64,000 nt of DNA from a bacterium (lineage in GTDB: Bacteria; UBA8248): NCBI GenBank assembly GCA_965202625.1, contig CBDBBI010000010.1:2400001-2464000 (forward strand), in the 5' to 3' direction. The notes beneath the pieces are model-generated. The model had not been told where the DNA came from and did not search any database. It saw nothing but the letters and a program-made list of their open reading frames with translations. This document shows positions 1 to 9,300 of this stretch, in pieces. The position numbers and the translations under genes are program-made. The first letter of the stretch is position 1. Every line of letters begins with the position of its first letter.

Positions 1-406
1 GCACGCTGAACTGGCGGGTGAAATACGCGTCGCTTCTGGGCCAGGAGCTCACGATGGAGGCGCTTTTGACGCGGGCGGGATGGTCAATGCACATCACCTG
101 TATGATGGCCCCGCCGGTGGAACTTCCGACGAGGTGCGCATTTTCTATGTCCAGACTATCCATGATGGCGGTGACGTCTTTCGCCATGCGGGGCACGCTG
201 TAGACGCCGGGGGGCTTGTCGCTTTTTCCCGTCCCTCTGTGGTCATGCAGAACGAGGGGCCTGTTTCGGGAGAAGGCGTCGATTTGCTGCGTCCAGGACG
301 CGCGCACCCCTCCTAATCCGCTGATCAAAAATACGGGCGTCCCCGCATGGTGCGGGTTGATGACTTCATAGTCGATCAAGACGCCTTCGGAGTTTACGGC
401 CGGCAT
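1..406 (-). CDS. alpha/beta-fold hydrolase (RutD/PcaD-like), 3' end outside window
   Basis: Manual translation from ATG 406: MPAVNSEGVLIDYEV...PVFLISGLGG...LHDHRGTGKSDKP...AHLVGSSTGG (nucleophile elbow GxSxGG); no stop within the window, so it is absent from the ORF track. Confidence 0.8.
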   Translation of the reverse strand, partial: MPAVNSEGVLIDYEVINPHHAGTPVFLISGLGGVRASWTQQIDAFSRNRPLVLHDHRGTGKSDKPPGVYSVPRMAKDVTAIMDSLDIENAHLVGSSTGGAIIQVMCIDHPARVKSASIVSSWPRSDAYFTRQFSV

Positions 407-472
407 GGAAAGTTTCCCCCTGTTTCCCTGTTTCCGTGATGGCGAATGGTGAAGTGGAAAAATACTTGCAAA

Positions 473-1915
473 TTACTTTGCGAGTTCGCCCAGAATAACG
501 GCAAGTTGATGGATTTCATCTTCTCTCACGCATCGCAGGTCGAGCACCACCCTGTCCCCGTGCACCCGCCCCACGACGGGGGGGGTGCTGCTGCGCAGTC
601 TGGCTTCCAGCGATTCCACAGAAAAATTCCGGGGAGATAGCGTCACGGCACAGCTGGCCAGCTCCGCCAGAGGCATGGCACCGCCGCCCACCATGCCGGA
701 AGTCTCTTCTATGCGGGCACCCAGAGCGGAGCAGGCTCCCTCCCCCATGAGGCGCATCAAAGATTCCGCGCGTCCTTTCAGTTCTTGCGTGTCGGCGGAC
801 AACATGCGGAGAGCGGGGAGTGCCGCGCGTGCGGCGTCGGGGTCCAGATACGCCCTGAGCGTTGCCTCCAGGGCGGCGAGGGCGAGTTTGTCTGATCGGA
901 GAATGCGCATGAGAGGGTGTTGTTTCATCTTCTGTATCCACGTCGCCTTGCCCACGACGATGCCGGCTTGCGGGCCGCCCAGCAGCTTGTCTCCGGAGAA
1001 GGTGACGACGTCGATTCCCGCCCGTATGGATTCTGCCACGGCAGGTTCATGCGGAAGCCCGTCCACCTGAAGAAGCGCGCCGCTCCCCAGGTCTTCGAGC
1101 GTGGGTATGTTTTTCTCCTCCCCCAGCCCGGCGAGTGCATCGCGCGACGCCTCCTCGGTAAAGCCCACGATTCTGTAATTGCTCGTGTGGGCTTTCAGCA
1201 GCAAGCCCGTATTCTCGGTGATGGCTTCTCTGTAGTCCGAGATTCTCGTTTTATTCGTCGTTCCCACTTCCACCAGTTTCGCCCCGCTTTGGCGGATGAT
1301 ATCCGGAATGCGAAACGAACCGCCGATTTCGATCAGCTCTCCCCGCGAGACGATCACCTCGGCGGAGTCGGCCATCGCCTGCGTCGCGAACATCACGGCG
1401 GCGGCGTTGTTGTTGACGACCAATGCCGCCTCCGCACCGGTGAGTTGACGAAGAAGAGACTCCACGTCGCCCCCCCTTTGCCCTCTTCGTCCGAGGCGGA
1501 GGTCGAATTCCAGGTTGGAATATCCCCGCGCGACCTCGCCTACGGCTGCTCTGGCGGCGTCGCTTAACGGGGCGCGGCCCAGGTTCGTGTGCAGGACGAT
1601 TCCTGTGGCGTTGATGACTTTTTTCAAGCCGGGTCGTTTGCGGGAAGCGAGAATCTGCTTTGCGTCGCGGAGGAGGACGTTTCGGAGGGCTTGCGCGGAG
1701 GTGGGCGCGTTTTCCGCAACCCGGGGGGTTTCTTGATCGGTTTGCGCGATCAGAAGCCGTCTTTTCGCGTCGATGGCTTTTCTGGCCGCATCGGATAATG
1801 CGGCGTCTGATGCGCCGTTCGTCTCTTCGCTTTTGAGGCGATGAACGATCTCATCCACAGAGGGCAATAATCGCAGCGTATCAGAGCGGGCGTTTGGCGT
1901 GCGAGGAGAAGTCAT
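473..1915 (-). CDS. selA: L-seryl-tRNA(Sec) selenium transferase
   Basis: VINATGIVLHTNLGRAPL, SRGELIEIGGSFRIPD, EVGTTNKT, and PLP-Lys motif SGDKLLGGPQAG; start placed at MTSPRT, the upstream extension being antisense to the next gene. Confidence 0.95.
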   Translation of the reverse strand: MTSPRTPNARSDTLRLLPSVDEIVHRLKSEETNGASDAALSDAARKAIDAKRRLLIAQTDQETPRVAENAPTSAQALRNVLLRDAKQILASRKRPGLKKVINATGIVLHTNLGRAPLSDAARAAVGEVARGYSNLEFDLRLGRRGQRGGDVESLLRQLTGAEAALVVNNNAAAVMFATQAMADSAEVIVSRGELIEIGGSFRIPDIIRQSGAKLVEVGTTNKTRISDYREAITENTGLLLKAHTSNYRIVGFTEEASRDALAGLGEEKNIPTLEDLGSGALLQVDGLPHEPAVAESIRAGIDVVTFSGDKLLGGPQAGIVVGKATWIQKMKQHPLMRILRSDKLALAALEATLRAYLDPDAARAALPALRMLSADTQELKGRAESLMRLMGEGACSALGARIEETSGMVGGGAMPLAELASCAVTLSPRNFSVESLEARLRSSTPPVVGRVHGDRVVLDLRCVREDEIHQLAVILGELAK

Positions 1916-2027
1916 GCCGCATCCTTTATGACGGTACCATGGATGAATATAAGATTGCGGGTTTTGAATGGTCAAGTCGTGCAATCGAAAGCGGGGAGGT
2001 TCGGAGTTTCTCCGCACCGGATCCATC

Positions 2028-2056
2028 TTGACACGCGCGCGCGCCCTTGATAGCGT
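2028..2056 (+). promoter_or_regulatory. putative sigma70-type promoter for the DUF35/CoA-transferase genes
   Basis: TTGACA-17 bp-TAGCGT about 100 bp upstream of ATG 2160. Confidence 0.45.
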
Positions 2057-2159
2057 TCGCGCCCATAAAACCGCTTGTCTGTGTCTGTATGTGGGAGGCG
2101 GCTGTGTATATGCGGCTTGTTCCGGTTGCAGGTTTTCCATCTCAAACGCAGAGCAGCGC

Positions 2160-2846
2160 ATGAATTCGCCCCAGAATGAACCTCCCATTTTTGTTCCCGG
2201 CAAAGGCAAAAAGGCCGTCCCCTTTATGCGGGACGTTTTTACGATTCCCCGGCACCCGCGCCACAAACCCAAACTGATTGGCTCTGTATGCAAGGAATGC
2301 GAGGAGCATTTTTTCCCGAAGATGGGGTCAAAAACCACTTGCGACGTCCCCGCCTGCCCGCGCAGTACGAGCGAAGTGCTTTTGAGCGGGGAGGGAAAGC
2401 TTCTTTCCGCCGCGATTACGCGGTCCTCCGTAGGGGGGGGGGGAGAGCGCGTCTCGGCGGTCATACTCCTGAACGAGGGCATCAAGATAAATTCCCATTT
2501 GATCGGCTGGGAAGGGTATCGGGACATGCTGGTTCCGGGCTCTCCGGTTGCGCTCGTACTGGAAGACCTCGGAGAGAACGAATCGCGCGAAACCCAGGTG
2601 GGGTATGCCTTTCGCCTGGTGACCGGTAGTAGAAAGCCTGTTTTTCCGCCTACGGAGGAGGAAATCCGGGCGGAGGCGGCTCGCGTGCGAAAGGAAAAAC
2701 AAAAAGAAAAACAAAAAGAGCGAGCGGCGGCGAAGAGGAAAGCCGCTTTGTTGAAGAAAAAGAACGAGACGGCGGCGAAAGAACCCGCCTCACAAGAAAC
2801 CACGCGAAAGAAAACGGCCTCCAGAAGCCCCGGAAAGCCCCGCTAG
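2160..2846 (+). CDS. Zn-ribbon/OB-fold (DUF35-like) protein with Lys/Arg-rich C-terminal tail
   Basis: LIGSVCKECEEHFFP...CDVPAC zinc ribbon, LSGEGKL, AVILLNEG, PGSPVALV...YAFR; adjacent to a CoA-transferase. Confidence 0.7.
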   Translation: MNSPQNEPPIFVPGKGKKAVPFMRDVFTIPRHPRHKPKLIGSVCKECEEHFFPKMGSKTTCDVPACPRSTSEVLLSGEGKLLSAAITRSSVGGGGERVSAVILLNEGIKINSHLIGWEGYRDMLVPGSPVALVLEDLGENESRETQVGYAFRLVTGSRKPVFPPTEEEIRAEAARVRKEKQKEKQKERAAAKRKAALLKKKNETAAKEPASQETTRKKTASRSPGKPR

Positions 2847-2858
2847 AGCATCCACTCC

Positions 2859-4025
2859 ATGCCGCTCCTGGAAGGCTTGCGCGTCGTTGACGCCAGCCAG
2901 TTCAACGCCGGTCCCATCGTGTCCCTCTATCTGGCGGGCTATGGCGCGGAAGTCGTCAAGGTAGAGCGCCCGGGCGGAGAGGACAGCCGCGCCATCGGGC
3001 CTTTCTCCGGCGGCGAGAGCAGCTACTTCATGAGCCTGAACCGGGGCAAGCGCTCCATCACGCTGAACCTGAAGCACCCCGAGGGGGTGGAGGCGTTCAG
3101 GAAACTTTGCCGAAGGGCGGACGTTCTGGTGGAGAACTTTCTCCCCGGCGTGATGGATCGGCTCGGCGTTGGCTGGGACGTCCTGCGCACCGAGAATCCA
3201 GGGCTCATATATGGCGCGGTTTCCGGCTTTGGACGAACGGGGAAAAACGCCGCGCGCCCCGCTTTTGACAGCCTTTTGCAGGCGGCGGGCGGTCTCATCA
3301 GCGTCACGGGGCCCCGGGGCGGAGAGCCCGTGCGCGTGGGCGTGTCGATTGTGGACGTGGCCAGCGGGCTCTACCTCCTCTCCGGCATCCTCACCGCCCT
3401 GCTGCACAGAGAGCGCACGGGAGAGGGAACCCGCGTCGACGCCTCGATGATGGGGGCGACCGTCAACGTCATGGAAAATCCGGTGGCACGCCACACCTTC
3501 ACCGGCGAGGCACCCGCCCCGGAGGGTCTCTCCCACCCCGTGGTCTCCCCCTTCTCGGGCTATCGCACCAGGGACGGCCTCATCTTCGTGGCCATTTCCA
3601 ACACGAGCCGCTTTCGCGTGTTCGCCCAAGCCCTCGGTCGGCCCGCACTCGCCGCCGATTCCCGTTTTGCAGAAAACAGGGACCGCGTGGCGAACGACGC
3701 CGCCCTGCGCGAGATTCTGGAGAGCGTTCTCGCCCAGAAGACGACGGCCGAATGGGAGGAGGCACTCATTCCGCAAGGGGTTCCGGTGAGTGCCATCAAC
3801 GACGTCGCCCAGGTGAAGGAGCGCTTTCCGGAAGCGTTCGTCGAGGTGGATCACCCCGATGCGGGCCTGGGCCTGCTGCCCGCCTCTCCGTTGACCTTCG
3901 AGGGGCAGACGACCGATTTCTCCCGCCCCGCCCCGCGAGTGGGAGAGCATACCGAAGAAATTTTGCGGGAACTCGGCTACGGCGTTGAGGCGATAAGGGG
4001 GATGCGCGAGCGAGAAGCGATTTAG
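2859..4025 (+). CDS. family III (CaiB/BaiF) CoA-transferase
   Basis: LEGLRVVD...AGP, GAEVVKVERP, LNRGKRSITLNLK, ADVLVENF, APRVGEHTEEIL. Confidence 0.93.
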   Translation: MPLLEGLRVVDASQFNAGPIVSLYLAGYGAEVVKVERPGGEDSRAIGPFSGGESSYFMSLNRGKRSITLNLKHPEGVEAFRKLCRRADVLVENFLPGVMDRLGVGWDVLRTENPGLIYGAVSGFGRTGKNAARPAFDSLLQAAGGLISVTGPRGGEPVRVGVSIVDVASGLYLLSGILTALLHRERTGEGTRVDASMMGATVNVMENPVARHTFTGEAPAPEGLSHPVVSPFSGYRTRDGLIFVAISNTSRFRVFAQALGRPALAADSRFAENRDRVANDAALREILESVLAQKTTAEWEEALIPQGVPVSAINDVAQVKERFPEAFVEVDHPDAGLGLLPASPLTFEGQTTDFSRPAPRVGEHTEEILRELGYGVEAIRGMREREAI

Positions 4026-4437
4026 TGGATATCGAGCGGAAATTTTTTCTACGCCCTCCCGCGCCCCCTCCCGCTTCCCTCTTTTTCGTTCCATGAACGC
4101 ATCGGCGTTTTCGCATACTTGCCGCATACCGAAATTTTCATGAACAAACCGCCCGCGCGTTTTTGATGCGCGCTGAGCTGATCAGGCGCGGGCCCACCGC
4201 CGGGGGGATTCCAGATGCTCTCCGGCAGGAGTGTTTCCGCCAGACCGCCCGCGCTTGCCCTCCGCCGCCTCTGTTGTAATCTGAGAAAAGGCGCCTCGCC
4301 TCGTGCGCGGGATGGGGGGGAGGCCGTCGTATGGAAGGACGGGGGGAGGCTTCTCCGGCGTCCTGGGTTTTGCTGACCCTCGCGCGTGGGCGGCGATGCG
4401 CATCGCCCCGTTCTGGTGCGGTTTTGGAAAGGCGTCC

Positions 4438-4857
4438 ATGCTCATCGTGAACGAGAGGCTGAAAATTCCGCTTCGGGAAATCCGCTTTCAGTTCGCACGA
4501 AGCGGGGGCCCCGGCGGCCAGAACGTCAACAAGGTATCGAGCAAGGCGGTACTCCGCTGGAACGCGCTCGCCTCGCCGAGCGTTCCGGAGGAGGTGAAGC
4601 GGCGGTTTTGCCAGAGGCGCGCGCACCGCATCTCGCGCACGGGCGAGGTGGTCATCGCCAGCGAACGCTTTCGGAATCAGGGCCGAAACGCCGCCGATTG
4701 TCTGGAGAGGCTCAAAGCCTGGCTCGCCGAAGCCGCCGCCCCGCCTGTGCCCCGTCGCCCCACGCGCCCCACCCGCGCCTCCAGGGAGAGGCGCCTGCAG
4801 GAGAAGCGCGCGCGCGGCGAGAAGAAACGCCGCCGCCAGAGGGCGGAGGAGGAGTGA
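4438..4857 (+). CDS. arfB: alternative ribosome-rescue peptidyl-tRNA hydrolase
   Basis: ARSGGPGGQNVNKVSSK (GGQ motif), RNQGRN, basic tail RRPTRPTRASRERRLQEK. Confidence 0.93.
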   Translation: MLIVNERLKIPLREIRFQFARSGGPGGQNVNKVSSKAVLRWNALASPSVPEEVKRRFCQRRAHRISRTGEVVIASERFRNQGRNAADCLERLKAWLAEAAAPPVPRRPTRPTRASRERRLQEKRARGEKKRRRQRAEEE

Positions 4858-4868
4858 GGCCGGCTCCC

Positions 4869-4926
4869 GCGAATCTTTAATAGCGGTCTTGCTTATTAAA
4901 CTTTTGGCAGCGAATCTTTTATAGCG
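4869..4926. promoter_or_regulatory. 17-bp direct-repeat pair upstream of fic (putative operator)
   Basis: GCGAATCTTTAATAGCG (4869-4885) and GCGAATCTTTTATAGCG (4910-4926) in an AT-rich patch just before the GAGGAGG RBS. Confidence 0.5.
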
Positions 4927-4947
4927 ATACGAGGAGGATTCCTCGTT

Positions 4948-6126
4948 GTGAAACGCGGTGAGACTGGCGAATACGAGATCACGACGGGCGGCGGCGAGAA
5001 CGTCCGGGCTTTCGTTCCCCACCCTCTTCCGCCCAGGCCCCCGCTGGAAGTGGCTGTCCTGCATTCGCCCCTGGAGGAGGCTTCGCTGGAGTTGGGCCGT
5101 CTGGACGGCGTATCCCATCTACTGCCCGCTCCGCACACCTTCCTCTACTCCTACGTCCGGAAAGAGGCTGTTCTCTCCTCCCAAATTGAGGGCACCCAGT
5201 CCTCTTTATCCGATCTTCTGTTGTTCGAGGCGGAGGAGGCGCCCGGCGCGCCCCTGGACGACGTCGTGGAAGTTTCGAACTGCGTGGCGGCGATGGAGCA
5301 CGGATTGGAGCGGATGCGCGGTGGTTTTCCGCTCTCAAGGCGCCTCATTTGTGAGGTGCACGCCAAACTGCTTGAGGGGGGCAGGGGCGACAGCCAGGAT
5401 CCGGGAGAATTCAGACGCTCGCAGAACTGGATCGGCGGCAGCCGACCCGGAACGGCACACTTTGTCCCTCCGCCGGCGCATCGGGTCGCCGATTGCATGT
5501 CGGCACTGGAAAAATTCATCCATGCTCCAGGTTCGGAATTGTCCGCGCTTCTGCGCGCGGGCCTCGCCCACGCGCAGTTCGAGACCATTCATCCCTTCCT
5601 GGACGGCAACGGCCGCATCGGCCGGCTGCTGATCAGCCTCATGCTGTGGCAAGACGCCGTGTTGCGTGCGCCGCTTCTGTATTTGAGCCTCTATTTCAAG
5701 GAAAACCGGAGGGATTACTACGCACTCCTGGGCGAGGTGCGGCGCACCGGCGACTGGGAGGCATGGCTCACGTTCTTTCTTAAGGGCGTGGCGCAGACGG
5801 CGCAGAGTGCCGTCTCGGCTGCGCAGGGGCTGTTGTCCTTGTTTGGGGAGGATAAGACGCGAATAGAACAAGGAGCGGGCCGCGCGGCGCGTTCAGCACT
5901 GCGCGTCCACCAGGTGTTGCAGGAGCGCCCGGTTGCGTCGCTTGGAGGCGTCGTGAACCAAACGCGCCTCTCGTTCCCTACTGCGGCGAACGCCATGAAG
6001 ACCCTCGAGCGGCTGAAAATCGTCGGCGAACTGACGGGCGGGAAGCGCAGCCGCCTGTTTTGCTATGCGCGATACCTCTCCATTCTCAACGAGGGGACGG
6101 AGACCCCGCCGGGCGGTGCGGACTGA
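4948..6126 (+). CDS. Fic family protein (N-terminal Fic_N region, probable C-terminal HTH)
   Basis: Canonical HPFLDGNGRIGR motif; EAVLSSQIEG inhibitory-helix-type motif; GTG start with RBS. Confidence 0.93.
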   Translation: MKRGETGEYEITTGGGENVRAFVPHPLPPRPPLEVAVLHSPLEEASLELGRLDGVSHLLPAPHTFLYSYVRKEAVLSSQIEGTQSSLSDLLLFEAEEAPGAPLDDVVEVSNCVAAMEHGLERMRGGFPLSRRLICEVHAKLLEGGRGDSQDPGEFRRSQNWIGGSRPGTAHFVPPPAHRVADCMSALEKFIHAPGSELSALLRAGLAHAQFETIHPFLDGNGRIGRLLISLMLWQDAVLRAPLLYLSLYFKENRRDYYALLGEVRRTGDWEAWLTFFLKGVAQTAQSAVSAAQGLLSLFGEDKTRIEQGAGRAARSALRVHQVLQERPVASLGGVVNQTRLSFPTAANAMKTLERLKIVGELTGGKRSRLFCYARYLSILNEGTETPPGGAD

Positions 6127-6352
6127 AGCCGTCCTCTTGGGGTGCCTCCTCCGCGTCTTATCCGCCCTCCGGATAAGAAACCCCGCCGGGCAGCGCGCAC
6201 ACCCTCCGCCTTGAGTTTCGGCGTCCCCTCGGCTACATTCGCCCCCTATACGCATTGCCATGCGCGCTATGGGCTGCGCGAATTTTTCATTGAGAGAGCG
6301 TTTCGCGCGGTGCGATTGCCGCGCCCCTGCGCGGTTTCGGAAGGAGTGGGGA

Positions 6353-9300
6353 ATGGGGTGCAATTTTCAGACGATGCTCGCGCAGATACGCGCGATATCG
6401 GATTCGGAGGCACAGAAGGGGCGCATCTTCGAGCGGGTGATGAAGAAGTTTTTTGGCGAGGATCCGCTGTATGGGGCGCGCTTCTCGCGCGTCTGGCTCT
6501 GGCCGGAATGGGCGGCGGCACACGAGGGCTTTGATGGGCAGGACATGGGTATCGATCTCGTGGCGGAGGAGCGTGCGGGCGGCTATTGTGCCATTCAGTG
6601 CAAGTGCTACGCGCCGGAGACGCGGATTTCCAGGGCACATATTGATTCGTTCATCTCCGCCTCCAGCCGCCCCATCTTCACCGCCCGCATTCTGGTCGAT
6701 ACCGGCCATCCCTGGGGACCGAGCGCCAAAAAGACCATCGCCGGGCTGCACCCCAAGTGCGACGTGCGCTATCTGGACGATCTGCTGAACCAGTGTTTCG
6801 ACTGGCCCGATCTCGTGCGCGGCACACCGGAAGACCTGCGCTATCGGCGCGAGACGTTTCGCTTGCGTCCGCATCAGCGCGCGGCTTTCCAGGACGTGAT
6901 CGCCGGTTTTCGCACCCATGATCGCGGCAAACTCGTCATGGCGTGCGGTACGGGCAAGACCTTCACCGCGCTTCGCATCGCGGAGGAGTGCGCGGGCGTC
7001 GGCGGACGCGCGCTTTATCTCGTGCCCTCCATCTCCCTTTTCGCCCAGTCCATGCGCGAATGGGCGACGCACAAGGAGATTCCGCACCGCTACGTCGGCG
7101 TCTGCTCGGATACGCGCGCGGGACGGACGGACGAGGACGCCTCGATGGAGGAGCTGGAAATTCCCGTCACCACCGCGCCGCGCAAAATCTCGAACGCACT
7201 GGGCGCGACTTCTGGGGACGCGATGACGATCGTCTTCTGCACCTACCATTCGCTCCGCCTCGTGGAGGACGCCCAGAAGGCGGGCGCACCGCCGTTTGAC
7301 CTCATCGTGTGCGATGAGGCCCACAGGACGACGGGCGTGGAGCGGCCCGAGGGGAAGGAGACGTCCCCCTTCGTGCTCGTGCACGACGCGGAGCGAATCA
7401 AGGCGAAAAAGCGGCTTTATATGACGGCCACTCCGCGCCTCTACACCGAGAGTGCGAAAAAAAAGGCGGCACGCCACGACGTGGAGGTGTTCTCCATGGA
7501 CGATGCCGCCATATACGGCCCGGAGTTTCACCGCCTTCCCTTCTCACGTGCCGTGGAGCAGGATTTGCTCTCCGACTACAGGGTCGTCGTGTTCGGCGTG
7601 TATGAACAGCAGGTGGACGCCGCCCTTCAGGCACACATCGCCGAGGGCGAGAACGCGCTCGACATCACCGACGCGGCGAAGGTCGTCGGCTGCTGGCGCG
7701 CCCTGCAAAACCCGGAGAACATAAAAAAGAAGGAGGCGACCCCGCCCCGTCCCCTGCGGTGTGCCATCGCGTTCACCAACACGATTCGCGGGTCGAAGCG
7801 CCTGGAGGCGCGTTGGGGGGACGTCGTCGCGCGGGCACGCGACCTTCTGCCCGAGGAGGAGCGCGAGAACGCGCTGCGTTGCGAAACGAAGCACGTGGAC
7901 GGCCAGCACAACGCCCTGGAGCGCAAGTTGCGCCTCGACTGGCTCAAGGGCGATTCCACCGATTGCAACGGCGCCTGCCGCATTCTCTCCAACGCGCGGT
8001 GTCTCTCGGAGGGCATCGACGTCCCCGCCCTCGACGCGGTGCTCTTCATGAATCCGCGCAACAGCCACGTGGACGTCGTGCAGGCCGTCGGGCGCGCCAT
8101 GCGCAAGGCGGAGGGCAAGGAATACGGCTACATCATTCTGCCGGTCGCCGTGCCGGCGGGAATGGACCCGGCCCGCGCCCTGGACGACAACGAGCGCTTC
8201 GCCGCCGTCTGGAGCGTTCTGCGCGCCCTGCGCTCCCACGACGACAGGTTCGACGCCAGAATCAACCAGATCGACCTCAACCAGAAGCTACCGGAGAACC
8301 TCATCATCTTCACGGGGGATGACGACGTGGAAGCGGAGACGGCCGAGCTGCCCTTTCCGCCGCTTGAGCTGCCGCCCGGTGCGATGTTCGCCAAAATCGT
8401 GGAGAAATGCGGAGACAGAAAATACTGGCAAACCTGGGCGAAGGACGTCGCGGACATATTCGCCCGCCTGGTCGCCGGCATCCAAAACCTTCTGAAAAGT
8501 CCCGAAAACGAAACCCTGCGCGAGTGGTTCGGAGATTTTCACGCGGAGCTCCAGGTCTCCATCAACGGGTCGATCACGGGGGAAAACGCCGCCCACATGA
8601 TGGCCCAGCACGTCCTCACGCGGCCTGTTTTCGACGCCCTTTTCGAGGGCTACGATTTCGCGGGGAAAAACCCCGTCTCGCAGGCCCTTGATGCCCTGCG
8701 GCGGGATTTCGGCGAGTTCGGCTTTGAGGACGAGATTCAGGATATGGCGCCTTTCTACGAGAGCGTGCGTACCCGCGCGCGGGGCCTCGACAGCCCCGAG
8801 GCGCGCCAGCGCGTGCTCATGGAGCTCTACGAAAACTTCTTCGCCACCGCCATGAAGAAGGACGCCGACAGGCTGGGCGTCGTCTATACCCCGCCCGAGG
8901 TGGTGGATTTTATCCTGCACAGCGCGGATCACGTTCTGCGCGAGGAGTTTGGCCGCAGCCTGAGCGATGCGGGCGCACACGTCCTCGACCCCTTCACGGG
9001 TACGGGCGTCTTTCTCGTGCGCCTGCTCCAGTCCGCACTGGTTCGGGACGCCGACCTGTCGAGGAAATACCACAGGGAGCTGCACGCCAACGAGATCGTC
9101 CTGCTCGCCTACTACATCGCGGCTGTTCACGTGGAGGAGGCATACCACGGCCGCGCACGCGCGGATGCCTACGCGCCTTTTGAGGGAATCGCGCTGACGG
9201 ACACCTTCAACCTGGCGTCCGACCGCGCGTTGCCGGGGACGTGGCTTCCCGACAACAGCAAGCGGGTGGAACGCCAGCGGAAAGCGCCCATTCGGGTGAT

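Noticed and set aside
1916-2803. 776-aa SelA with a long N-terminal extension
   Set aside because: The extension is the antisense shadow of the DUF35-like gene and the promoter region; SelA homology starts at MTSPRT
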